Shown: in pieces, positions 9,738-18,448 of the stretch
How positions within the stretch are numbered: the first letter of the stretch is position 1
Layout of the letters: every line of letters starts with the position of its first letter
Assembly (NCBI GenBank): GCA_016839785.1
Contig: JAEOTQ010000121.1
Location: 1-34,706 of the forward strand
Direction: 5' to 3'
From: Candidatus Hodarchaeota archaeon
GTDB taxonomy: Archaea > Asgardarchaeota > Heimdallarchaeia > Hodarchaeales > Hodarchaeaceae
Length of the DNA stretch: 34,706 nucleotides
Translations under genes and position numbers: made by a program
The notes under the pieces: model-generated
Database searches by the model: none
Told to the model about the DNA's origin: nothing
What the model saw: the letters and a program-made list of their open reading frames with translations, nothing else

Positions 9738-10424
9738 CTACACTAACGCATCAGATTCGAGCAGTTTTCCTAATATTACCGATTTGACTTGAGGGGCGTC
9801 TGGCCAAAGACCATTCCCAGCAGGCGAAGTATATAATATTGAAAAGCCTGACTTCTTATAGAAGGAAATTGCTTTAACATTTTGTTCGGTTGTATGTAAG
9901 TGAACTCCACCACAATTTCTGGATTGAAGATAGTTCTCTAGTTGGTTAATTAATTTCGTTCCTATCCCCATTCTATGATATTTAGGAAAAACGTTTATAT
10001 GTAAATGAGCGGGATATTGATTTAGCAATGTTTTATCATAAGAAGTTTCAGAATTTTTTGCATCCATCCGTTTCATATGTCGAAGAGTCGAAAAACTCTG
10101 CCTATGCTTCCAAGAAGTATAAAAAATTGAACGTAGTAATATTTTAGGAATCATTTTACGTGCAAAAGCTCGGTCCTGATCTATGGAGTTAAGACTACTC
10201 AATATATATCCCACAACCATACCATTTCTCTCATCGATGGCAACAAAACAATTCTCTGGTTCATAATCAATATAATAGAAGCAGAATAATAATCCAAATA
10301 AATAATGGTCACCGAAGTGTTTTCTTACATCCTCTCCCATATAACCTGTCATTATACATACATCAAGTACTCCTTTACGGTCACTAGATTGATACTTGCG
10401 TATAATTATCAAGCTTAGACTCAA
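9738..10424 (-). CDS. GNAT N-acetyltransferase
   Basis: YPAHLHINVFPKYHRMGIG and NVKAISFYKKSGF; TTG start. Confidence 0.88.
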   Translation of the reverse strand: MSLSLIIIRKYQSSDRKGVLDVCIMTGYMGEDVRKHFGDHYLFGLLFCFYYIDYEPENCFVAIDERNGMVVGYILSSLNSIDQDRAFARKMIPKILLRSIFYTSWKHRQSFSTLRHMKRMDAKNSETSYDKTLLNQYPAHLHINVFPKYHRMGIGTKLINQLENYLQSRNCGGVHLHTTEQNVKAISFYKKSGFSILYTSPAGNGLWPDAPQVKSVILGKLLESDALV

Positions 10425-10445
10425 CTATTCATCATTTAATTAGGG

Positions 10446-10946
10446 CTAAGAAGGATTTGAGCTAATAGAATTTAGCTGTTCCACGATCATCTGTGCAATC
10501 TGTCTCAAGTATTTTCTATCTACCTCATCAAAAGCTCCCACTTGATCAGAATCAATATCAATCTGTCCAATTATCTTTTCATTATCCTCAATCAAGACAA
10601 CGATTTCTGATCGGGTCCCTATTGAACATGCTAGATAATTCGATTCATCTCTCACATCATGTATTACTTTATCTGCCTTTTCTGCTACCGCAGATCCGCA
10701 AACACCTTGACCAACAGGTATTTTTATATGTTCGGTTTTTAATCCAACATAATTATCAAGATTCAACTCTTGTTTACTGGAATCTAATAGATAAATGCCT
10801 GTCCAATCGAAATGGGGGATCGTGGCTAGTTCTGAGACTACTATCAGGTATATCTCGGAGGGATCACTGTAATTGTCTGAATCAAAAGTTTGACGTAGGG
10901 AACCAATAATCTTCTCGTATAACGGTTCTTTTTCTTCTGCATCCAA
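10446..10946 (-). CDS. GAF-domain protein, free methionine-R-sulfoxide reductase (fRMsr/MsrC-like)
   Basis: FDWTGIYL, GQGVCGSA, YLACSIGTRSEIVV and GQIDIDS match the fRMsr GAF pattern. Confidence 0.82.
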   Translation of the reverse strand: MDAEEKEPLYEKIIGSLRQTFDSDNYSDPSEIYLIVVSELATIPHFDWTGIYLLDSSKQELNLDNYVGLKTEHIKIPVGQGVCGSAVAEKADKVIHDVRDESNYLACSIGTRSEIVVLIEDNEKIIGQIDIDSDQVGAFDEVDRKYLRQIAQMIVEQLNSISSNPS

Positions 10947-11143
10947 GTTTGGAGCACTTCCTATTGGGCAAATAAAGTCCAGCTGAGTAATTCATTATCT
11001 TTGAAACTCAACAACAAGACAAACTATATGTTGATCTTAATTATTTTCCTATTTCTCATTCATAATTCAATAATGAATACTCTAATACAATTATTACAAA
11101 TGAACATGTACCTTATATTTCTTCAGCATTTTTCGGGATAGTT

Positions 11144-12322
11144 ATGGCTGAAACTAACAATTTCAAGAAAGTATACGACGTTAATTCTACTCCAGTCTAT
11201 TGGCTTGATACTGTGAAAGAAGTTACACTCTTTAGGGACATCTTGAAGAAAAAAGCAATAAAAAAAGTTGCGATTGATCAAGAACGAGCTCCATACAATA
11301 AATTTTACCATCAAATCCCTTGTTTACTCCAAATCGCATCTGAAGACCTGATTGTTTTTATTGATCTCGTATACAACCAAAATATCACGAATCCATTAAA
11401 GGATGTCTTAGAGAATCCTTCGATTGAGAAAATTTTCTTCGATGCACCTTGGGACATTTTTTATTTCCTTAAATACCTGAATCTTAATATTACTGGCATT
11501 AAAGATATTCAGGTCGCTTCATCATTACTATATCCTACAATTGGCACCGCTAGCTTAATTACACTTGTAAAAGACGAGTTTAAGGTCGAGATTAAAAAAT
11601 CTAAAAAGCAACAAAAGAGTGATTGGACAAAACGTCCTTTGAAAACCCAACAAATTGAATATGCGAGTCATGAAATCGCTTGGTTCTTACCAGTATACGA
11701 AGCTCTGATAAACAAACTTCAACAGAAGGGATTAAATCCATTTTTTCGATATGGGAATAATAGAATTAACTTGGACATGCCGAATTTAGAATATTCACCA
11801 ATGAATATTCGACGAGTCAAAGGTTATGATAATCTATCGAATAAAGAGAAACGAAAATTGATTCAGTTAGGAATTATTCGAGATAAACTCGCACAAGAAT
11901 GGAATCGTCCTGTTTTTCATATTCTAACAAATCAGCAGTTACTAGAGTTATCCAAAGAGGGGGAAATATTACAGAAGGTTCTTACACCCAGACAAAGATT
12001 TTCAAAGGACGCTACAAATCTGATCAATCAAGCTCTACAAGATTCTTATTCTGATTCCCCGATTGAGGTTGGTACCACAAGTTCGTCTAATCTCCCTCAT
12101 CTCAAGCAGCAGTTACTAAGCTGGAGATATTCTGCAAGTAAATTGTATAAAATTCCTAAACGGTTCATTATCAGTGCGAATGAGGTAGATAATTTTGATG
12201 AACAGGCCTTTACTTCAGAAGCTGAGCTATTAAAGTCTGTTTGGTTTACTAACTGTCACGATCCTAAATGTGAGCTCCTTACTGCTGATCTGCAGAAGTA
12301 CTTAACGACAAATAGTTCTTGA
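11144..12322 (+). CDS. rnd: Ribonuclease D-like 3'-5' exonuclease with HRDC domains
   Basis: ExoI AIDQE, CLLQIA, ExoII APWDI, SDWTKRPL and ExoIII QIEYASHE. HRDC-like segments RDKLAQEWNRPVFHIL and WRYSASKLYKIPKRFII. Confidence 0.85.
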   Translation: MAETNNFKKVYDVNSTPVYWLDTVKEVTLFRDILKKKAIKKVAIDQERAPYNKFYHQIPCLLQIASEDLIVFIDLVYNQNITNPLKDVLENPSIEKIFFDAPWDIFYFLKYLNLNITGIKDIQVASSLLYPTIGTASLITLVKDEFKVEIKKSKKQQKSDWTKRPLKTQQIEYASHEIAWFLPVYEALINKLQQKGLNPFFRYGNNRINLDMPNLEYSPMNIRRVKGYDNLSNKEKRKLIQLGIIRDKLAQEWNRPVFHILTNQQLLELSKEGEILQKVLTPRQRFSKDATNLINQALQDSYSDSPIEVGTTSSSNLPHLKQQLLSWRYSASKLYKIPKRFIISANEVDNFDEQAFTSEAELLKSVWFTNCHDPKCELLTADLQKYLTTNSS

Positions 12323-12458
12323 CACGGCTATACTTTAATTTGAGTTGAATTTCACACTTTTCACTACTTTTCTTAACATTCAAATCCTCATAGGGGAAAA
12401 TTTACTATTCCTTGGGTGCCGCATTCCTAAAATCTATATATATAGTTAATTCACTGTT

Positions 12459-12965
12459 ATGCTGTTAAAGGTTGTAATGTGTATGGAAGTAAATATGTCA
12501 AATACAGGTACCAATTTAGTAAAATTATTAGTTCGAGGAATGGTTGGTTTAGTAATACTCTGGACGATGTTACTTCTTGGCTTAACTGGATTTACTTTCG
12601 CTCTTGCTGGTGGGCTAGTGACTGCCCTGAGCTGGATTCCCGTTGTTTATCCTGAAATCGCACAACTCACCGTTTATATTGACGGAGCATATGTTTTGGT
12701 TGATCCAGTAATTTTAGTCTTTCTACTGGTTTTCATAGGAATTGTTTTTCTGACTCTAGGCCTAGCCTTCATAGCATTAACGGTAACTATTGGGAAAAAA
12801 GCTGTGATTTGGGATAAAAGAATCGGTGGCTATATTGATAAAACGTTTGTCCCCAATTCAGATAGTAGATTAGTCCAATTGGAACGTCTGGCAAGTTTAC
12901 AAGAAAGGGGATTTATTTCAGAAGAGGAATTTCGTCAGGAAAAAGAGAATCTGCTTGCTAATTAA
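12459..12965 (+). CDS. Membrane protein with C-terminal SHOCT domain
   Basis: Two long hydrophobic blocks; C-terminal LERLASLQERGFISEEEFRQEKENLL is the SHOCT pattern. The real start may be 12483 or 12495. Confidence 0.8.
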   Translation: MLLKVVMCMEVNMSNTGTNLVKLLVRGMVGLVILWTMLLLGLTGFTFALAGGLVTALSWIPVVYPEIAQLTVYIDGAYVLVDPVILVFLLVFIGIVFLTLGLAFIALTVTIGKKAVIWDKRIGGYIDKTFVPNSDSRLVQLERLASLQERGFISEEEFRQEKENLLAN

Positions 12966-12983
12966 CTTTGTTTATCCATAGGT

Positions 12984-13562
12984 CTAAAAAGCAGGATCTA
13001 CGACTTTAGAACGTGCTCCTGATACCGATATTTTGATTAGTGAACGAACATCAATCCCTGTCTCCTTTTTCACGGTGTTAACCCCATTATATTCAATTTT
13101 TTCAGCTAATATTATAACATCGACAATGTTTGCTCCAATTTTCTTTAGAGTCTTAATAATACCTATCATTGTTCCTCCAGTACTTATAATATCATCGATA
13201 ACAACAACCCGATCATTTTTTTCAATTCCACTAAGATAAAGGGTTCCCTCTTTTACATATTCACAGGAAAAAATTTCGGTAACTTGAGTAGCAAGTAGAT
13301 TGGGAACCCAACGAACCATTCCGAAAGGAATCCCAGTTTTCAATGAAACTGCTGCGAGAAGTATTCCTCCTTTGTCTTCTTCTGTTAATAGTTTATCACA
13401 ATCGCAGGTAATTTCAGAGCTTATCCAATCAGCGGCCAATTTTAGTAATTCTGAAGGTGTAGCGGGAACCTGTTCAGTCAGAGAATTCAGGACGAATTTA
13501 TAGCCATCAACCTCGTAGAGTGGTTGATTATCAAAATTATCAACAATAGGGACAAATCTCAT
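12984..13562 (-). CDS. Purine phosphoribosyltransferase (APRT / archaeal HGPRT-like)
   Basis: PRPP-binding loop VVVIDDIISTGGT. Confidence 0.88.
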   Translation of the reverse strand: MRFVPIVDNFDNQPLYEVDGYKFVLNSLTEQVPATPSELLKLAADWISSEITCDCDKLLTEEDKGGILLAAVSLKTGIPFGMVRWVPNLLATQVTEIFSCEYVKEGTLYLSGIEKNDRVVVIDDIISTGGTMIGIIKTLKKIGANIVDVIILAEKIEYNGVNTVKKETGIDVRSLIKISVSGARSKVVDPAF

Positions 13563-13639
13563 ATCTGTTCAGCTCTCTTGAGTGGTTATCCTTTAAGAAG
13601 CTACTGTCCTACCTAATTCGATACAAAATGGGTGAAAGT

Positions 13640-13993
13640 ATGTCAAAAATTAATGAATTTAATGAATTTAGAACAAAAATGAATGAACTCATTCTCAGTA
13701 AAAAAAATCAAGGAATTAATCGGTTTTTCGCTCTTGATACACGTGTCTACGAACAAGGAGCTCTTGTACCGAAAATAAAAGAACTACTGGGGTTGGTTGC
13801 AAGTATGGTTCTTCGATGTAATGATTGTATTACTTATCATATCTTAGAGTGTTACAAACAAGGAGTTACAGAACAAGAGTTTCTAGAAGCATTCAATGTA
13901 GCTCTGATCGTCGGTGGTAGTATCGTTATTCCTCATTTGCGTGTTGCTATGGAAATATTAGAAGAGTGCATCAATTCAAACCTTTCAAACTAG
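13640..13993 (+). CDS. Carboxymuconolactone decarboxylase / AhpD-like protein
   Basis: KELLGLVASMVLRCNDCITYH (CxxC-xx-H). GGTGA SD supports ATG 13640; the ORF track starts at 13628. Confidence 0.88.
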   Translation: MSKINEFNEFRTKMNELILSKKNQGINRFFALDTRVYEQGALVPKIKELLGLVASMVLRCNDCITYHILECYKQGVTEQEFLEAFNVALIVGGSIVIPHLRVAMEILEECINSNLSN

Positions 13994-14041
13994 CCCTTTC
14001 AGCAATTGTTCACCTGACTCTAGGGAATTCTGTGTTTTTTT

Positions 14042-14623
14042 CTAACCAAAATAGTCAGGTTCATTCCCTGACTTCCATTTAATATTGCAGCCAATACTCG
14101 GAATTTGAACTTCAGGGGGTTCATTACCCTCCAATAAAGAATCTAGGGCACTTCTCAAATCTTTGCCAGTTACTGGTCTATCACTTTTTGGTCTACTTGC
14201 ATCCATTTGTCCTCGATAATACAATTTCAGATTTCCATCAAATAAGAAGAAGTCAGGTGTACAGGCAGCTTTATAGCTCTTGGCGACTTGCTGAGATTCG
14301 TCGTAACAGTAGGGAAATTGCCATCCTTTTTCTTCTGCTAGCTCCTTCATTTGTTCAGGGGCATCTACAGGATATGATTCGATATCATTTGCGCTAATTG
14401 CAATAAAAGAAACTCCTCGGGAGTTATAATCATCATATATTTCTTTAAAATGATCTCGAACATGAATAACATACGGACAATGATTACTAATAAAAAATAC
14501 CAATGTAGCACTAGTACCACGGGCTTTTTCTAATGTAACCTCTTGATTATTCACAGTATTTGGCAATGCAAAGTCGGGAGCTTTGGTCCCTAAAGGTAAC
14601 ATTTGAGATTCAACAGAAACCAT
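14042..14623 (-). CDS. Thioredoxin-fold AhpC/TSA (Prx-like) family protein
   Basis: LGTKAPDFALP, SNHCPYV, AACTPDFF, YRGQMD and SIGCNIKW. Confidence 0.9.
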   Translation of the reverse strand: MVSVESQMLPLGTKAPDFALPNTVNNQEVTLEKARGTSATLVFFISNHCPYVIHVRDHFKEIYDDYNSRGVSFIAISANDIESYPVDAPEQMKELAEEKGWQFPYCYDESQQVAKSYKAACTPDFFLFDGNLKLYYRGQMDASRPKSDRPVTGKDLRSALDSLLEGNEPPEVQIPSIGCNIKWKSGNEPDYFG

Positions 14624-14758
14624 ATTTTTCTACCGATTTCTCGCTATTAAATCAGTAAATTAAGTATATGCATCTGAAAACTGTAACCTGGTTTATCTTC
14701 TATAGTCCACAAAATATCTTAATACCAAGTAATCCTATCTGCAAGGAACGAATAAGCA

Positions 14759-15292
14759 ATGGAACATACCTGTAAATGCACTCAGAAGATAGTAGCACTT
14801 GATGTCGAAAGTGTACTCGCTGATATCCACTCTGCATGGATCACTCATTATAAGAAAGAATTTACCATAGAGGATATTACTGATTGGGATTTTCTAAGCT
14901 TAAAAAAATGGAATGAGTCTTTAAAAACATTTTTGGATGAGACCGATCTTCTGTGGACAAATAGTCCAGAAGAAATACCTCCTACTGTCTCTAATCTTAA
15001 AGAAGCAACCAATCATCTTAAACCATTTGACATTGTCACATCTCGGCGTACTCTCGGTGGGATTATTAAATGGGTTGAGTATCACCAATTAGAATACAGA
15101 GCAATTGTATATGTATCAGATGACAAAGCCACACTCGATTATTGCATGTATATTGATGATAATCCTAACCTAGCATCAAAAATAAAAGATAATCAGTTTC
15201 TATGGTTAATTTCGCAACCGTACAATCAACAGATACATGAATCGTCACAGATTCGACGGATTAAGTCTATACTTGAAGTGGATAATAAATGA
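14759..15292 (+). CDS. HAD-superfamily 5'(3')-deoxyribonucleotidase (NT5C)-like protein
   Basis: Motif I ALDVESVLAD, motif II IVTSR, motif III K and motif IV YIDDNP. Confidence 0.78.
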   Translation: MEHTCKCTQKIVALDVESVLADIHSAWITHYKKEFTIEDITDWDFLSLKKWNESLKTFLDETDLLWTNSPEEIPPTVSNLKEATNHLKPFDIVTSRRTLGGIIKWVEYHQLEYRAIVYVSDDKATLDYCMYIDDNPNLASKIKDNQFLWLISQPYNQQIHESSQIRRIKSILEVDNK

Positions 15293-15295
15293 AGA

Positions 15296-16087
15296 TTATC
15301 CCATTGCTTGATTTTCTGTAATTTTTACCTTGTAATATAATCGTAGCCGTGTCCCAATTTGCTTAGAGGTGACCGAAAAATTGTATTTTTGGTTTTTGAG
15401 CTCGCCTTCTAATTTAGGCTGTAATTTTGGTAATGTCAATTGAAAATATGCTGGGGGAGGATTGGAGAAAGTTCTAAGTTCAGATAACAAAGAGAGGATA
15501 AACTCATGACCAATTTGTCCCCCAACCATCTCAGAATAATTCCCCAAAAATCCTCTATTCGAATTCCTGTGTTGTTCAAAGTAAACTTCGTCATATTGAG
15601 GAGGATTACATAGTATCAAGTCGAATTCTGAAACTTGGGGAATTAGATTTACAAGAAGTTGACGGTTAGATTTCACTAGAATAATACTTTTTTCTAGATT
15701 ATTCCTTCTAACATTGGAACAAGCGCTTTGAAAAGCTGTATTATCAATTTCTGTTGCGGATACTGAAATTCCCAATCTTCCTAGCATCAACGCTAGAATT
15801 GCAGAGGCTCCTGTACCAATTTCAAGTACATTTTTCGGTTTTGATTTGAGGATATGTTTTAAAAAAGCCCACCGACTACATATAGTCGGAACCAAATAAC
15901 CATCTGGGAGGTCAAATTCCAAATCCATAAAGTGTTTTAATATAAGTTGATTGTACATAAGTAAAGCTTTAGTATTTCCTAAATCTAGTCCATTTTGTCT
16001 CATATACGCAGCTAGATCAGGGTTGATCATTAATGCCTGTTTAATGGGAAGACCACACTTCTTAGTGAGGAAAGATTGCGAGTTCAT
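15296..16087 (-). CDS. RlmF/METTL16-related RNA adenine-N6 methyltransferase
   Basis: LPDGYLVPT..SR, LEIGTGASAI, ATEID and amino-MTase motif CNPPQY. Confidence 0.82.
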   Translation of the reverse strand: MNSQSFLTKKCGLPIKQALMINPDLAAYMRQNGLDLGNTKALLMYNQLILKHFMDLEFDLPDGYLVPTICSRWAFLKHILKSKPKNVLEIGTGASAILALMLGRLGISVSATEIDNTAFQSACSNVRRNNLEKSIILVKSNRQLLVNLIPQVSEFDLILCNPPQYDEVYFEQHRNSNRGFLGNYSEMVGGQIGHEFILSLLSELRTFSNPPPAYFQLTLPKLQPKLEGELKNQKYNFSVTSKQIGTRLRLYYKVKITENQAMG

Positions 16088-16201
16088 GAATGTCCTTCAA
16101 TTTATACGATCTGAACTTCTAACCAAAAAAGAATTGGGTTCATTCGAAAAGAGGTTCTCACTTAATCATGAAGATAAATATACGATATGAGGGTTTCATT
16201 A

Positions 16202-17434
16202 ATGACAAATAAAACAAATCTCAATTGGAAAATCCAAACGTTAGCTCTCCATGGAGGAGAAGAAGAAAAATTTGCAGATTCCCATTTGATGCCAATCTTC
16301 ACCACATCTACCTTCCTATTCCCCAATGTTGAGGTAGGAAAAGCTCGATTCTCTGGTGAAGACCCAGGATATATCTATTCTCGTCTGGGAAATCCTACAG
16401 TTAGAGAATCAGAAAGAAAACTTGCCGTCCTTGAAGGCATTAATCTTATGAAACAGGGAGAATATATTGAAGGCCATGCATTTGCTACTGGTATGGCGAG
16501 CATTTCGACCGTTTTAATGGCTTTAACAAAAACAGATGAAAATATAATAGCAACCAATCCGATCTACGGCGGGACAAACTATTTACTGGATGGAATTTTG
16601 AAACCATATGGGGTAACAACAACATTTGTTGATACTTCAGGAGAAAGGGGTCCAGAGAGAGTAAATGAGCAAATAAAAAATTATACGAAGGTTGTTTACT
16701 TAGAAAGCCCCACAAATCCCAATCTAGTCGTATGTGATATTGCTGAAATTTCCAAAGTAGCTAGAGAGAATGAAATTCCAGTGGTAATCGATAATACTTT
16801 TGCTACTCCGATTCTACAACGTCCATTAGAATTAGGAGCCAGTGTTTCCCTTCATTCTACAACCAAGTACTTGAATGGTCATGGTACAACTGTATCCGGA
16901 ATTCTTGCCTCAAATCTTTCTGAAGAACAAGAAAATCGACTAAAGTTCGTAAAGAGAAATTTAGGAGCTACTCAATCTCCTTTTGATAGCTTTCTTGTTA
17001 TCCAAGGTATGAAGACTCTTCCTCTCAGAGTAGAAAAACATTGTGAGAATGCCCAGGTCATTGCCGAATATTTAGAAGACCACCCCAAAGTTGAAACTGT
17101 TCACTATCCTGGTTTAGGTTCACATCCTCAACATTCACTCGCCAAGAAACAAATGAGTGGCAAATTTGGAGGAATGGTCGCATGCGAACTTAAAGGAGGT
17201 ATAGACGCTGGAACTGTCTTACAAAATAATGTAGAAGTATTTTCTTTAGCTGTATCTCTGGGATGTGTAGACTCGTTGATTCAACATCCAGCAAGTATGA
17301 CCCACGCATCGGTTCCAAAAGAAATACGGCTACAAGGAGGAATCACTGATGGGTTGGTTCGCATTTCAGTTGGTTTAGAAGATACTGATGACTTAATCGA
17401 GGATCTTTCTCAAGCTCTATCAAAAATCAGCTAA
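16202..17434 (+). CDS. Cys/Met metabolism PLP enzyme (methionine or cystathionine gamma-lyase/synthase)
   Basis: YSRLGNPT, ESPTNP, IDNTFATP, PLP lysine HSTTKYLNGH, LAVSLG, HPASMTH and RISVGLED. It has YGGT rather than the YGCT typical of MegL, so substrate specificity is unresolved. Confidence 0.93.
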   Translation: MTNKTNLNWKIQTLALHGGEEEKFADSHLMPIFTTSTFLFPNVEVGKARFSGEDPGYIYSRLGNPTVRESERKLAVLEGINLMKQGEYIEGHAFATGMASISTVLMALTKTDENIIATNPIYGGTNYLLDGILKPYGVTTTFVDTSGERGPERVNEQIKNYTKVVYLESPTNPNLVVCDIAEISKVARENEIPVVIDNTFATPILQRPLELGASVSLHSTTKYLNGHGTTVSGILASNLSEEQENRLKFVKRNLGATQSPFDSFLVIQGMKTLPLRVEKHCENAQVIAEYLEDHPKVETVHYPGLGSHPQHSLAKKQMSGKFGGMVACELKGGIDAGTVLQNNVEVFSLAVSLGCVDSLIQHPASMTHASVPKEIRLQGGITDGLVRISVGLEDTDDLIEDLSQALSKIS

Positions 17435-17435
17435 T

Positions 17436-18320
17436 CTATGTAGTTTTTTCAATGAATTCTTCTATGAGATTAGCGATCATTTCTGCACCTGTTGTATTTA
17501 GATGAAGATAATCTAAATGAAGCTTAAACCCAGCTTTCTTTGAGATGTTGTCCCAGCTCCGTAGAAAGAAATAGTGTTGTATAGCTGACCATACCATTAG
17601 TCTCATACCATTCTCATAAGCAAATTTAGGATTGGCAGGATTCTCCATAAGATATTTTATCATAATTTCTTGTAAAGGAAGACATTCGATGTCGAATTCT
17701 TTTGCAATTTCTTGAATGATTAGTGAATATTCATTAGTGTGCCCAAAGATATTACTCTCAGGTGATTCACCGATTGTAGGGAGAGTAAGTATGGCCAATT
17801 GAGCATTTGTTTCCTTTTTTAAACGTATGATCATATTTTCTAATGAAGATTTAAACCAATCAAGTTCTGGATCCTGGGGTAACTTCATACGTTTTACATA
17901 ATCCTTCACATTCTTTGGTGAGAGAACAGCATTAGCGTCATTCGTCCCGATTAATATCGTGATATAATCTGGATTACAATCTATAATATCCTCCAATCTG
18001 TCTAAAACGTTCCACGCAAGATTTGAATTAATGCCCGCATTGACAAATTCAAACTCAGAACTCATACGCTCCTCTAATATCTTTACATAATCACAACTTA
18101 TTCGACCATGAGTAATACTATCACCAACGCATACTACAACGGTTTTGGCCTTAAAATTTGAATGTTTTCTTAGGTTATACCTTTTAGGAGTGTTCTGGGG
18201 TAATTTCATGACTTGGTAGTTGATATAATAAGCAATGAGTAGTATTAATATAACTAAAGTAATGAAAATTGCTAGAATTGTCAGAAAGGGATCCAAAATC
18301 TCACTAGACATTTTCTTCAT
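17436..18320 (-). CDS. Membrane-anchored SGNH/GDSL esterase/lipase
   Basis: N-terminal TM, then GDSITHG, NAGINS, IGTND and DYLH. Confidence 0.9.
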   Translation of the reverse strand: MKKMSSEILDPFLTILAIFITLVILILLIAYYINYQVMKLPQNTPKRYNLRKHSNFKAKTVVVCVGDSITHGRISCDYVKILEERMSSEFEFVNAGINSNLAWNVLDRLEDIIDCNPDYITILIGTNDANAVLSPKNVKDYVKRMKLPQDPELDWFKSSLENMIIRLKKETNAQLAILTLPTIGESPESNIFGHTNEYSLIIQEIAKEFDIECLPLQEIMIKYLMENPANPKFAYENGMRLMVWSAIQHYFFLRSWDNISKKAGFKLHLDYLHLNTTGAEMIANLIEEFIEKTT

Positions 18321-18448
18321 ATCTTTGGAATGCTACATAGGTTACGGAAAACTGGAGAAAGAGAAATTTTCAAGAAATAAAAATTAACTGATGCTTTTGA
18401 GAGGAAATATTACCAAGCTAATCAAAAAAAGAGAGAGAAAAGCCGCTT

